From the NCBI GenBank assembly GCA_973851085.1, contig OZ316775.1, forward strand, positions 13,330,001 through 13,394,000: a stretch of DNA of 64,000 bases. Direction: 5' to 3'. This DNA is from Ptychomitrium polyphyllum. Its lineage: Eukaryota. Of this stretch, positions 26,132-40,218 are shown piece after piece (the first letter of the stretch is position 1; every line of letters starts with the position of its first letter). A program made the position numbers and the translations under genes. A model generated the notes under the pieces. The model saw only the letters and a program-made list of their open reading frames with translations. It made no database searches and had not been told where the DNA came from.

Positions 26132-29100
26132 AGGGTAGAATATGAATGAGGTAAAGGTTGCAACATAAAAGGTTGAAAGGTAAACATGAAATGGTATAAA
26201 TATTGGTGGGATATTTAAAGTTGATGTACAGATGAAATTTGTAGATTTTGTATTTTAAATTCTATCATACAGTGAAATTCATTGGTGCTACCACCAAGAG
26301 TTTAATATATTATTTGAAACTTAAAATCAGAACATAATTATTGAAGAATGTGTAGTACTTAGATGTAATCCAACTTTCGGATAGAACAATAACTTGATGA
26401 TTTGTCTCTTTCAAATATTTTATAGAAAAATGTCCAAAAGGAAAGATATTTGAAGAAACAAAAAATATCTTTAATGGCTTTGAAATTGGATCAATGTATA
26501 AGGATTAATATCATAAGTTGGTATGCCTATAATTTATTGATTTTAACTTATATGTTTTTAATGATATATTTGTAAAAAGTGAGCATGATTTTTTTGCAAA
26601 GAAGACCAATTTATTGTTACAATCCAATACAATCAATATTGTATTGTAAGTTCAAGTTTTATAACAAAAAAATTATTGGTATTAAAGCTCATAATATGTT
26701 GGAAAGTTTTATCATATTATAATAAATTGCTTTACACTGTTATAAATATGTATAATTCAATATGATGCATTTATAAATGGTGGGCATACAAGACATAGCA
26801 AAGAAATGTAATAATAGTTTTTGTCAATAAAGAATAGTTTCCTTTACTAATTTGATATTTGAGAATAATTTAAATAATTAAGTTTTGATACATATTAGTA
26901 TTAAGTACTCATTTGAAGCTAATAAATTACAACTAAAATTACTTCTATTAGTTACTTTGTATTTTTACATCTAATAAACTCGCTTATAAAATGTCAAATT
27001 AGATCTACTAATTTAATATTAAAAACTTACTTTTTTATTACCAAAATTTTCAAAAAATAAGTTTTTTTTTTAAAAGGTTTTGAAGATTTTTGTACATGCA
27101 CTTATATATATATTAAAAAATGAATCATTATCATGGTCTATTATTACACTACATATTTATACAGCAACATCTATAGTTTAATCCGCCAGGAATTGTTATT
27201 CCTTGCATATTATTTAATCCATAATGAGATATGTCATTTTATTTTTTTCTAATTTACAATATGCAAGAGTAATTTTATTTATTAAACTCTGGTAATTTGT
27301 GTCAATTTTATCCCATTAATATTTTGGGATATTTTTAGCTACTATATTATTATGAATTATTATATTTTTTGTAATAAATTTTTTTATGCCTATTTTAACA
27401 TTTTTGACCAAAAATATTCCAATATTTGAATTATGTCATAACAAACATTTTCCACAAGATCATTAAAAATTTAATAGCTATTAGTGAAATTCAATTTTTG
27501 AAACACCATATGAAGACCTGATTAAATATGTAATAATTAAACGGCTAAAAAAAAGTAGATAAGGTTAATTGAATAATTAACAAGTTTATTACCAATTGTG
27601 TTGAATTTCCATAAGAAAGAATATCCAAGCTAGTAAAATAAGGACATCGCCAATCATCGTGCATCTTTGATTTATATTTAGATGTAAATTTCATATTTCT
27701 ATATTGTTAAGGTTTATGGTTTATAAATTATTTATAGATACAAAGCAACTGTTATTATTTACTGCACAATAGAAATTCAAGGAAGAGGCTCCGTTGCAAG
27801 TGAATTAATTGCTATAAAGATTTTTTTTCTACATATTAGTTTTTTGTAAATTGAATTCTGCTGTTGCCCACAAGCATGATTCTGCATATATTATGTATAT
27901 AAAAAAACTTTAGAACGGTTCTTGGAATCCAAGTACAAAAATATATAATTCATTCTTAATGAGAGTTATTAACGTCTTTCAGTACAATTTAGGCTCTAGT
28001 TTACATGCATTTTCACTTCTTGAACAGATTGGGCCCCACATGATGATGATCTGCGCAAGTCTAAGTACCACCGTACACATGTGTTCAGACCCTGTAAGTT
28101 CAGACGTGGCGCCATGTCATTAACACGAAAAGGCAGAATCAGATTAATAGGTCCAGATGGAGGGATTAGCACTCGCTTCCTTGGAGTCGGGACCACAGAG
28201 TAGAATGTTCAAAATGAGCAGTGGATAGGCCTTGGAGTTTTATATTAGGCATCGGCAACACAGTTGGAGAGCCGAATCAGCCGACGATAATGAATAGGCG
28301 ACCAAAAGTGCCGCTGGGATTGGTAGAAGAGTGGAGGAAAGCACCTTGACCATATTATACAGAGCGTAGATGACTGCAGGAGGCCACTCACTAAAATTTC
28401 GAACTCGGAAGATTCCAGTAAAGCTCAGTATCCAAAATAGCTAGAGGAATGCCATACGGTATTGCTAGTAATAAGGTGCGTGAGTAAGATCATGGTGTGC
28501 CTGACGAGGATATCCATTTGCCCCTCTCGGTGTTGAAAGTGACCCACTAGATTGCACCCCGTCTCTGCCCGCACTGCACAGGAAATACTGGAAATATAGT
28601 CAAAATTTTCCACCTCGAATTAACCCTTTAATAACCAGGTTTCTAATTACAGCTCATGAGAAGCAATCTTAACCCTCATTTCATGAACCTTGGGATCTGA
28701 TTTTGGAATTTCAAGCTTATCAACCAAGTTGAATCTCCCTTTTCAGTCTGTGTGAGTTTTCTGACGTTGCTGCACATATACATTGTTTAACCTAGGCATC
28801 GTTCTTCTATCAGTATATTTAATCGATTCTTTGCTATTTGAACAACATGTGCCAAAGAATCACCATAAGTGCCCATATACATAACTATGTTCCATTCATG
28901 TTTTAAACTTTATTTTGTTCCATTAAAACAAACTATTTAAAGAGATACTTCAACCACTAACATTGCACATGCCAATTCGCTTAAGGCAAAACAAAAATAG
29001 ACATCAACAAACCCAATATTGACTTAAAAAATCAATATTTTCTTGTTTTCTTGTTAAAGTGTTATGATATATTTTATACTATGTAAAATTATCATTTCTC

Positions 29101-29399
29101 TTGTATGTTATAACATGAAATGAAATATATCAAGGAGTGAAAAATTCAATTGATTTTCCAAGTAATACCAAATAGCATTGATTTTTTTTATCCATATCAA
29201 TTGCCATGAAGGTATTTGAATTTCAATTTGAACCACTTTGATAATATATTATTTTTCACACTTATTAATCATAAGGCCATAAAACATGAAAATCAGTGAA
29301 ACAAAATCAAACTAGAAGAATATAATGCTTAATCTTAAACATGGAAGATAAAAATACCTTATGCTTATCTATACAAATCTAACATCAAATACAATTATG

Positions 29400-29847
29400 T
29401 GTTACGGACACAAGAAACAAGAAGCAAAAACAAAGTATTATCCAAGAATTAGCTTCCAAAAGAGCTAAGGCTTAATAAGAATTTAATACACAGATTAGAA
29501 CCAGGTAGGATTTAAGATGATCCACAACTTATGTTGGCAAGACTAAATAATACCTTGTCTTGCCTCTTATTTATACTATGACGTTTGTATCTCCTAAAAT
29601 ACTTCTAAAGAAGCTTCCTACAAGGCTTAAAAATGTTTTGGAAGTCTAGGGAACCTTCCCAAGAAATTTCCTAAGATGTTGGAACCTTCCTAAAAAGTTA
29701 TTTAAGGTGGAAGAACTTTTCTAGGAAGCTCTTAAGAACATGGAAAGGCTATGGAGACATTTAAAAGTATTCTAATAAGCTATTATAGTATATTAGAAGG
29801 TTCTAGAATGTTCTAAAGACTATGTTGCATGATCTATGTCCGTGACA
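29400..29847 (-). repeat. Gypsy 3' LTR (448 bp)
   Basis: TGTTAC...GTGACA; direct repeat of 34466-34913, roughly 10% divergent by eye. Confidence 0.93.
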
Positions 29848-32800
29848 TTACCTCCCCATTTAGCAACGAGTCCCATGAGGAGCTCTATTCTTGACTTGCT
29901 TGTTACATTTCTACAAATTCCAAAATTTGTCGAAGAAGTGAAACAACATATTTTGCTTGATGTTCTTTGTTCAATGGTTCAACTGGTCCTTGCAAGAAAC
30001 GTCAATGACGACCAGCCAAGACTTTTATTGTTGAAATGTCCCATCAAAAGATCTGATCTTGATTAAGTCCTTCAAAACATCCTCCAAACAAGATTTCGGG
30101 TCCTCCAAAAGTGACTCTTCCAATTTCTAACAAGATGAATAGAGCGCAAGCATCTGAATCAAAACTGGAATATGAAGGGCAACTAGTCAATACTTCTGCA
30201 CGAGGTCGTACTCGATGTTAGAATATCCCTTTCATATCTTGGCTTAGATCCTTCGTTACCAAAGGCTGAGAGAGTTGAGTTGGCTCAACAAATGCTGTTA
30301 TTGATGAAGGCATAGCTGACTGCTCTTCACGCATATCCATAATAACACAAAGATTTGACATACTAACTAGGATTTAGAAATGATCTATCTTGAAAATAAT
30401 GATGTATACAATTGGAAGTTTGGATATCTCTCGTCCCTTGTTATATTTATCTATGAAGGAAAAACTTCTCTATGAAGCTAACGGCTACTGATGACACATC
30501 ATCACTGATCTGGTTTCTAAAGATATCTTTGATGAAATTCACATACCTTCTCGGATGCATTTGTTACATTCGTTGAAGGTTCTCATATTCGGTCATTGAT
30601 GCCATATCCTTGCCACTATATAAAATACTCCACACGTCCGTTCTTGATGTGTGAATCTAAGATCTCGTCCACTTTATATTTGATTTTATTATTGATTTCT
30701 AACGGAGGAGGCAGAGGGATAATTCTCTCTGCTATACATGATTTGTTATAGGTTTTTAACAACGATACGTGGAATACTGGATGAATTTGCATGCTTGGAG
30801 GTAGCTTTAGGCAATAACTAACCGGATTTATCTGTTTGCTGATTTCAAACAATCCCAACATTTGATAGTCCAATTTTCTTTTATGGTCTTTTTGTTTGTA
30901 TATATTGTCATAGGAGCCATACGCTATCTCCAACCTTGAACTTTAGATGGTCTTTGTGATAGCGATCTGCATAAGTTTTTGTAACGATCTTGAGCTTATT
31001 GTAACTGGAAGGTAATTCCTTGATGGATTTTAGCAAGTTGAGTTGCAAAATCCTCTGCTGCAGGACTTCCAACATGCTTCACTGGAAATGGATCTGTTTG
31101 TGGATGGTGCCCATGGTTTTCAAAGAATGGACTTTGAGTTGTTGAAGAATGCACCGTATTGTTGTAAGCAAATTCTGCCAAAGGCAAGAGATCCATCCAG
31201 TTGTTTTCCTGATAGTTTATGCTACAACGAAGGTACTGTTCCAAAATTTGATTTACATGTTCGGTTTGGCCATCAGTTTACGAATGGTGTGCTGAAGAAA
31301 GATTGATCTTTACACGCAACAGCTGGAATAGAACCCTCCAAAAGTTGAAAATGAACTGCGGCCCCCGATCAGATATGATATCATCTAGTAGTCCATATAT
31401 GCGGTAGACGTGATTTAGGAACAACTTGGCAGTTTCTTCTCCCGTTACCGTCTTGTTGCATGGAATAAAATGTGCCATTTTGGTAAATCAATCCACCACT
31501 ACCAAAGTAGAATCCTTAGAATTGGAGTTTGGAAGGTCCTTGATAAAATCCATTGGTAAAGACAACCATGGACCCTTTGGCACTGGAAGCGGATGGAGGA
31601 GACCATGAGGTTGGTGTCTTGGTACCTTGGCTCTTGCACAAGTGTCGCATGATCAAACAAAGTCCTTCACATACATCCACATTTGTGACCACCAATAGTC
31701 TCTTGCAATCAATTCCATTGTTTTATTGAATCCAAAATGTCCGACTGCTAGAAAATCATGACGTACTTAAAGGATCTTCAACCACAAAGGGCCTGGAGGT
31801 AGGTACAAAAGTCCTTTATAATAAAGTATGCCCTCTTGGAATTCAAACTCCTCATTGCTATTTGAAGGACCTTCATTGTTTTTGAGGCGCTTCTTTATAT
31901 TTGAGACAAAAATATCATTTTTTAAAGCCTTCCTAATTTCATCAGGATGGGATGTTGTCGTAACAATGGTTGCTTTTAATTGAAGATTCTCTGGCTTCAA
32001 TAAAATAGCCCTTTGTTGATCCAAAACATCATCTCCAGGTTGAGGAGCTAAATAAGATCTTCGATATAAGACATTTGGCTTATCATGTAAGCTACCAGGT
32101 CAAAAGGTAATGACAAAGTCAAATCTAGAAAGCGACATACTCCACCTTGCTTGACGGCGATTCAAAACACGCGCACTCATGAAATACTCCAAATTCTTGT
32201 GGTCTGTGTATATTGTGATGGTATGTTGAGCTCTTTCCAATAAGTGTCGCCATTCTTCAAACGCATCCACAATTGCAAGTAGTTCTTTATCATGTATATC
32301 ATAATTGATCTCTGCCGCTGAGAACTTCCTTGAATAAAAGGCAAGAGGATGAAGTCTCTCGTCTTCATCATACTGTGAGAATACTGAATCCAGCACAAAA
32401 TCTGAGGCATCCGCTTCCAAATAAAAAGGCTTTGATGGATTTGAATGATTAGGGATTGGAGCCGACGTGAATGACTTCTCTTAAGGCAGTCAACTCAATT
32501 TTTGATAAGTTATAAATAGATCCAAAAGGTGGTTGGGCTCCTTCTTGCAACTCAATGGTGCAATTGTAAGGCCGGTGCTTTGGTAACATGTCCGCATTCT
32601 TCTTCTCAAAAACGTCTTTATAATCTTGATATTGACAAGGTATATTTTTATTAGTCTTTATCATAGAACTGGACAACGGCGTGGCATAAATGGCATAAGG
32701 TTGATTCATCCTTTGTCGCTTTCACAATCGCCTTAGCTCTAATAAATGATGGTCCAAGATTTTTTGTACCTTGATGTTTTTTTCTTGAGACCACACTTCG

Positions 32801-34451
32801 TGAGCGCCAATCAATTTCTGGATTATGTAATTCAAACCAAGGTAGGCATAAAATAATAGGATTCGTTCGGCTTTGAATAAAATTGATGACAATTTTAGAT
32901 GCCTGGTCTCCTAAAACAACCTCCAGGGGTTGAGTTTTTTTAATAACGTTGCTAGATGCAAGAGATTGTCCATCTATAACTTCAACAGGTGCGGAATATT
33001 TTTTGTTCACAAGCACCATGTGATGTTTGGTTGCAAAATCTTTGTCCATGAAACATGCTGTTGCACTAGTGTCTAAGAGAGCCTCGCTAATTATTTCATC
33101 ATCTAACAATTTAATTTTGATAGGAAATGTAAAACTAGAGGTGGAACTTGAAGGTAGTAAGAGACCTTGATTTGATGGTCGTTTCCTTGTGGTGTCCAGT
33201 CGCATGGTCCCTACTGTGACCAAACACCCTTGTTTTTCAACTCCACCATTGTGTATTGAGCCTTAAAGGCAGATCCTTTGACATGGCAATCGTGCACTTT
33301 ATGTTCAGATTTGCCACAATACAAACAAAGGTTTTCACTTCAACGTCTTTCTTTTTCTTTTGGAGTCAAACGTTTAAACTGGGCAGCATCAATTTGCATA
33401 GGTTCTGGTCCTTGTAGTCGGCTTTCCAATATTCTTGAAGAAGTGGTAGCCATGCTTTGATGTACTAGTCGCCATCCTAAGCGTTGTTCTTGGTGCCTTT
33501 CAAATAGTTTGTTGTCACATGCTATTGCTTGAGTGATGAATTCGTCCAATATTTCAACTCTTGGCATTGTGAGTAGCAAGTCCTTCACATTCTCTCTTAA
33601 ACTCCATCGGAATCGTGTGACCAAGGCTTTATCATTCCAATCAAGGTCGCAAGCTAATTATTGAAACTTTGCAGCATATGTAGCAACTGAACGTTGTCCT
33701 TGTTGGAGACTCTGGATCCTTGTTTCAACTACCCTCTCTTGGTCGGTGTCTCCAAAAGTAGATATCAAATGCTTTTATAAAAGCATCTAAGTTGTTCAAT
33801 AATGGTGACTGCTTCTCCATTACGGGTGCAAACCACGATAGTGCATTGTTTGATAAAAGAGTGGCTACAAATCCCATTTGAGTTGTGCCATCAGGATAGC
33901 GAGATTGATGCAAATTAAGGAAGAGCCTTGCTTGTTGAACAAAACTTCTTAATTTTGATCATGATCCATCTAACTTGTTTGGCATGCTAATCTTTGACTC
34001 TGCATGGGCTTGACATAAGCTTTCTTGTCCAATATTACCTTCTTGCAATCAAATAACCGTTTGATATAAGCTTTAAATATCCACTGGATTTTTCAGCTTG
34101 CCAAATGTGTTGCTCCAAATCGTTGGTGGTTTTAAAACGGGCAAGTTCCGTTCGAACTGTATTTAATAATTCTTGAAGGTTTGCAATAGTTGCAAACCTA
34201 TTCTCTGATGTTCTAGGCACGTTATCTATTTCTTAAGATTGTCAAAGACACAAAGAGTATGAGTACCTTCAAAAGAGGGAAATCCACATCCTTTGAAAGA
34301 AGTAATACTTGATTTTAGAAGGAGAAACCAACTCTATGGTGCCAGCTTAGAGGAGGGTAATCTGCAACCTCTAAGACGCTATGGAATCCTATATAAGATG
34401 GATAATCCACAATCTTCTTCAAAGAACCTTAGCTTTGATAAAGATGGAGAG

Positions 34452-34463
34452 TAGTCTTGCCAA
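34452..34463 (-). promoter_or_regulatory. Self-priming-type primer-binding site
   Basis: The minus strand reads TTGGCAAGACTA 2 nt after the 5' LTR. This is the exact reverse complement of the LTR minus-strand segment TAGTCTTGCCAA (34610-34599). Confidence 0.8.
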
Positions 34464-34465
34464 AC

Positions 34466-34913
34466 TGTTAGGGACACAAGAAACAAGAAGCAGAAACGAA
34501 GTGTTTCTCAAGAATTAGCTTCCAAAGAGCTAGTGATTAACAAGAACTTGATACAAAGATTAGAACAAGGCAGGATTCAAGATGATCCACAACTTATATT
34601 GGCAAGACTAAAGAATATCTTGTCTTGCCTCCTATTTATACTATGATATTTGTATCTCCTACGATACTTCTAAAAAAACTTCCTATAAGGCTTAAGAATG
34701 TTTTGGAAGTCTATGGAACCTTCCTAAGAAGTTTCCTAAGATGTTGGAACTTTCCTAAGAAGTTTCTTAAGATAGAAGAACTTTCCTAGGAAGCTTCCTT
34801 AGAACATGGAAAGGCTATGGAGACATTTAAAAGTATTCTAATAATCTATTATAGTATAATAGAAGGTTCTAGAATGTTCTAAGGATTATGTTGCATGATC
34901 TATGTATTTAACA
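34466..34913 (-). repeat. Gypsy 5' LTR (448 bp) with TATA box
   Basis: TGTTAG...TTAACA; minus-strand TATAAATA at 34640-34633. Confidence 0.93.
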
Positions 34914-36211
34914 TTATGTGTTGTTGATCAAAATCCACCATCTTCTAAGCTTATCATTTCATTGAATTTTCAAGGATGAAGTTTATTAAATTTCCATTTT
35001 TATTTGTAAAATACTTGATTAAGAAGATTTTCAATCCACATCCAAACACTTATAGCATCATCTGCATGTTTTTTATAGCTTCTATTATATCATATTAGCA
35101 AAATACAAAATATTCACATTTTAAATTGTTTTCTTGTCTAGAAAATTTGTCATCTTTATTTTTTTTGTTGCTACCATCTTTATGTCCATGATCTAATTTG
35201 GTGTACATTTCTAAAAAATGAAAATTGGATGCCTAACATGATTTTTAATGCATTCAAAATACCTTCTCTTGATTTTATTTTTTAAACATCATCAAGTGAT
35301 CATGTTGTTGTACAAAAATCAAGGCCATATGAAAATTATAAACTATCAAATCCAAATTGGAAACAAATACATAATAAGTGCACTAAGATAGAATTTGATT
35401 ACATTTATTGATATATTTTAAGAACTTTTAAAATAATGATAAGGATTTCTAATTAATATCTAGCTTACATTTAGAAAGAAAATTTTAATTCTTTGCATGG
35501 TGGAAAGTATTAATACCAATATTTACCCTAGAACTAGAGCTCCCTTGATTTAGTATCTGAAACAATGAAACATTATCACTATACAAGAATTATTTTATAG
35601 AATACAATAACTTGTATGTATTTCAAAATCATAGAAATAATAAGGAATCAAAAGTCAATAACTAATTTGGAGCATAATGGACAAGTATACAAGGACTAAT
35701 TAGGAACAATCTTGTTGGGCCTTGCTTTTCAGAGGAGGACTATCTATTGTGATGCAAAATATGCAAGTAGCATATTTAAAAGCATATATGTCTGGTTTCA
35801 CATTGAAGAAATACAGCATGGAATGTTATGGTAACAATTTGAAGATTTCAGCAGCATTCCATCTCACTTGCCCTTTGCAGTGCTTCACCTTCTTCATTGA
35901 TATTCTTTAATGATATTCCACATGTTGACACTTCCCTTTGCTGCATCTTTGAGGTATTGATATCTTTCTTTCTGGTTTATTTTTCTTCTTTCCATGATAA
36001 TGACCACATCTTGTCATCTAGAGAACTCAATAAACATATTTTTTTCATTTTAAGTTTTGAGAGATATTTAAAATTAGACTTGTGTTTACTTGGATGCAGT
36101 ATTTTGGATTGTTAAAGATGGTTGTGAAGTTTTTGATGGTGGTGATAAATAAATTGATGATATCAATGTCTTTTTGTTTCTTTTGTTCTTATCAATTTAC
36201 TGTTGTCAATG

Positions 36212-36311
36212 TATCTACGCCTACCATGAGACTCATGGTGTTCGTATTAGTTGTGGATGTTTATCTACGCCTACCATGAGACTCATGGTGTTTGTATTAG
36301 TTGTAGATGTT
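36212..36311. repeat. 50-bp tandem duplication, each unit with the palindrome ACCATGAG-A-CTCATGGT
   Basis: Units at 36212-36261 and 36262-36311 differ at 2 positions. Confidence 0.9.
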
Positions 36312-39300
36312 TTTATTGCTTGTTTTCTTTTCTTTGTGTACTTTTGCCTAGGCCTATTATACTATTTTGTTCTTAGGTTGTTTGAGATTTCTAATCTTAT
36401 TCTTGAAAGTATTTTTGGTGTTAGTGTTTATTTTTGTCAACAATTAAGTATTTGTTGATTTTTATTATTGGTTTTGTTTTATAGTGTTTTTATATCAATG
36501 GCTTTATCAAAAGTATTAGCAACAAAAGTATTGTTTTATTGGCTTATAATAACATACTTACATTGCATTTATAAAAAAAATTAAAAATTAAAACAAAGAG
36601 AGTATAACAAACGTTATTTTAATATTAAAACCTTGCAAAGAAGACATTGTTATAAACTCTCCATTCTATTGAATACTAAAAAATAAGATAAAGTTAAAAA
36701 AGTATGTTGGAATATTGTGTGGTGTTTTGAGAATGACCTAGCAGCATTTTATACGGTTTTAATGCAAATCTTTTCAAAACATTTGTTTTATTTTCTTTTG
36801 CTATTATATGCCTTTATTTATATCATAAAGAAGTTTTCACCTAAATTTGAAATATTCAAGAAAATTAGAATTAAATTTTGAATTTTTTTATAATAGCCAA
36901 AAAAAAAAAAAATGATTAAAATTTGAAGCCATGACTCCACCAAAATGAAGCATCTAGGTAATTTAGATTTAATGAAAAGTCAAAATCAAATAAAATAATA
37001 ATTTTTTGATTATTAGGTTTTGGAATTGAAACTAAATTGGTCTTAAAAATTCTTGTATGAATATTGTATCACATTGATTGTAATTTTTTGAAATATATCC
37101 CATTTATTCTCCTTTTTAGTCGAATAAGTTCTTTTATAGAGATTACATAAGGTTTTATAAACTACTTAGATCCTATTATATCTACTAATATCTTATCATT
37201 TTAGCATATTATTATATTTAAAAATCTCTTCAAGTAGAAATTCAATTGTAAAATTTGTGGATAAACAAAAAATTTGTAGTTTTCTATTATGTAATAAGAA
37301 TTCAAATTGATTTCTGTTCAAAAAAATCAAAAGTTAAAGAACACAATAAAGAGCATTATGAATTAAAAATCAATTGAAATTAGTGTTATTAAATCCAAAG
37401 TGCCCTGGCTTAAGATGTAAATAGCACTTGGAAAATATTACATGTGCATCTAAACCACTCAATGTTGTAGAACATGACTTTTTTTTTTCTTTTGATGTAT
37501 AAAATAAAAAGTTGTAAAGAGATTGATACTTTGGTTCAAACAATCATTTAGGATTAAATTTAATCACTTAATCAAAGTAGTGTGTGATACTTTAAAAACA
37601 ATTAAAAAAATATGTTACATTATTATTCAAAGATTTCTTTAAGAATAATTTTTTTTTAAAGAAAAAACTAAAAATGGTTATTTTAAGGAGGTTGAAATAA
37701 GTAAAAAAATTCTTAAGACGCTTTAGATTTATATTAACAACCTATAAGGTAGATATAAAAATATATTTCTTTTTAAATAAAAATAATTTTTTTACTAATT
37801 GAAATATATATAATTCCATCTTTCAAAGGTACAATTTTATTACATGTGCAATTTTCAATTGATTATTGAAACCATACATAAGCGTGACGTATATTTAATT
37901 TGTTGATTTTGACTCATACATAATTATATATTAATTTATTATTATTTTTCTACTATCTAATGTGGAATGAGTTGATTAAATCCCAAAAAATATTACATTG
38001 AATTGTTGATTTTTACTTTCATAATGGTTAAATGTTCCCATTTTTATTTTTTAAATTCCATTTTTCTTAAGAAACAAGAGATTTAAATAAAATAAAGTTA
38101 AAAAGTTACAGCTCTGAGACCTCATATTAAAGTTATTATGAATGATATATAATAAAAATTTGGAGTTATGTGCCTATATATATTAGAAAATCATAATATT
38201 TTAATGCTATTAAAAAACTGTCAAATGTGGCTTGTAGCACATAAGGATTCTATCACAAAATTTACTTTATTAAAATAACTTTTGTTTAAAATGCTAATAA
38301 ACATTATCTTACAAGTGCATAATGATAGAAATCAACAAAAAACATTGATGTATCCAAAAAAGGACTTTGCAATTTGAAAAAATGACCCAACTTTTGTAAA
38401 ACAACATATATTCAAATATGAATTTGATTCTTGTATAAAAAAATCATATTTTATAATTAATAAAATATTTTAAAAAAATTGGTCATTTTGTATACTTTTA
38501 AGAAAATCTTTACAAAACAAAGTTTGAATGATTTATAAATATACTTTTATGAAAATGATTTTGAATAAATTGATGTTCATTATAATAAAAAAATTTATAG
38601 AATCTTAAATAAACCAATTTTTTGATTACGTATGTACAAAAAATTTGATTGACTGAAGATCTATTAAAGTCTTTTAAAAATTTACCTATCATATTGTGAT
38701 AGAAACCAAAAATTCGAAATTACTATTACTTTCATTATAACATTCTATTTTGAATTTTTTTTGGAATGAAGTCACTTGGAATTATCATTATAAAAATAGA
38801 TGATTTTTTCTAATAAAATTTATAAATTTAAAAATTCATATATAAAATAAATAATAATTCATTAAAGTAAATTATATAAAAATAAAATGAAAAAGTAAAT
38901 AAAGTGGCTGCAATACATTTTTGTTTCAAGAATGAAGTTTCAAGTGAAGTCTTCAATGAAGTCCTAATTGATATGTACAAATAAATAAACAAAAAGCCTG
39001 AGAAGATAAAACCATAAGATTTATTTTATAGATTTTTCATAAATCTATAAAATTTATAATTGTTGCCTGCAATTATAATCTTAAAAGAATTTCATGAACT
39101 CAATTTTTAAATCTATAATATTTAAATCAATGAAAACATGTGTTTTTTGAAGAAGGATATCAAATTTTTAATTTGATTTTTAATTTTTAATTTTTAATTT
39201 TAGAAATGAAGTTCATATTTTTAATCAAATTTTGGTTTCTTTTTGAAAATTACTATACATACAATACAATTGACAATATTTTTTCTTTAAATTGAAAATA

Positions 39301-39754
39301 TTTTAAATATATAAGGAACTTCATGAAGCTACATTAATAAAAGCATATAAAATAATAAAAGTTCACAAATGACCTCCTACATAATATTTTAGAACAAGTG
39401 TAGATGCTATCTTTGTTTATACAATTTAAAAGGGAAAACTTTTGTTAATTTTTTTTGAATTAAATAGAATATCATTCTAAAAGTTCCACCATCTTGAGCA
39501 TTCATACTCTCTAGGGACATTTCCACTGCGAGAGGCAGTGATGATGTGAAGGAGAGAGTGACAAAGGTCTACGTGGATTATAAAGAGTGGACAAGTTCCT
39601 ATATGGATATTTCCATGCAGCACGTATGGTTTTCGTGTACCATTCAGCACGTTTACTTCTAGTGCCTTGACGCCACTCTCGTTCATCCCACCACGCCAGT
39701 CCTCGGCATTGCTCTCCAGCACCGTCGACCTGACCTAAACCTAGTGCATGTTTA

Positions 39755-40075
39755 ATATATATCTATATATAGACATATATCGATACTCGATAATATTAAA
39801 CTTGTGTTCAAGAGGATGATCAACGAAGTTGGAGTGCCAGGCTCCACCTTCCAAACCTTAAAAAGCCAACTTCACTGAATCACTTCACGTCCATTGTTTC
39901 TAGCTTTCTGCATGTATCGAATCCGTTCCTAACGCACCGAGATCAGTACAGTCATCGCATCTTATAAGTGCTGCCTGCAATCCGATCCTGGGAGTCACCA
40001 TCAGATGCAGCCCCACGTTGCGAGTTCTTTGCTTGTTTCCAGGTTTCCAGGTTTCCAGGTTGTAGGGTTTAGGGC
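39755..40075 (+). promoter_or_regulatory. Putative promoter/leader: TA-rich TATA tract, (GTTTCCAG)x3, telo-box
   Basis: CpG-containing island within AT-rich DNA. TATATATA at ~39757, GTTTCCAG x3 at 40035-40058, TAGGGTTT (telo-box) at 40063-40070. Confidence 0.4.
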
Positions 40076-40218
40076 TTTAGAGATTCCCCCGTATTTGAGA
40101 ATAGTTCAGTATTTTGTTTGTAGGAAGTAGCGGAGGTTGCGGACGTAGGAGTGCGGTTTTCTTCTTGCAAGAGGCGATTCTTAAGATGCTTCTTCTGTTC
40201 CGAATCTGACGAGCGGCG

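Larger units (their letters stand above)
29400..34913 (-). mobile_element. Ty3/Gypsy chromovirus (Tcn1-like) LTR retrotransposon, RT-deleted and decayed
   Basis: 448-bp LTRs (TG..CA) and TSD TTATG (29395-29399, 34914-34918). Minus-strand relics: gag with zinc knuckle CLYCGKSEHKVHDC, protease ALLDTSATACF, RNase H EADASDF..YDIHDKELLAI..YTDHKNL, integrase SDRGPQF and IHPVFHVSLL, chromodomain YKVDEILDS. PPT TGGGGAGGTAA at 29848-29858. Confidence 0.96.

Noticed and set aside
25142..26187. Overlapping ORFs of 90-197 aa in the GC-rich island
   Set aside because: Explained by high GC and the 290-bp duplication; not protein-like.
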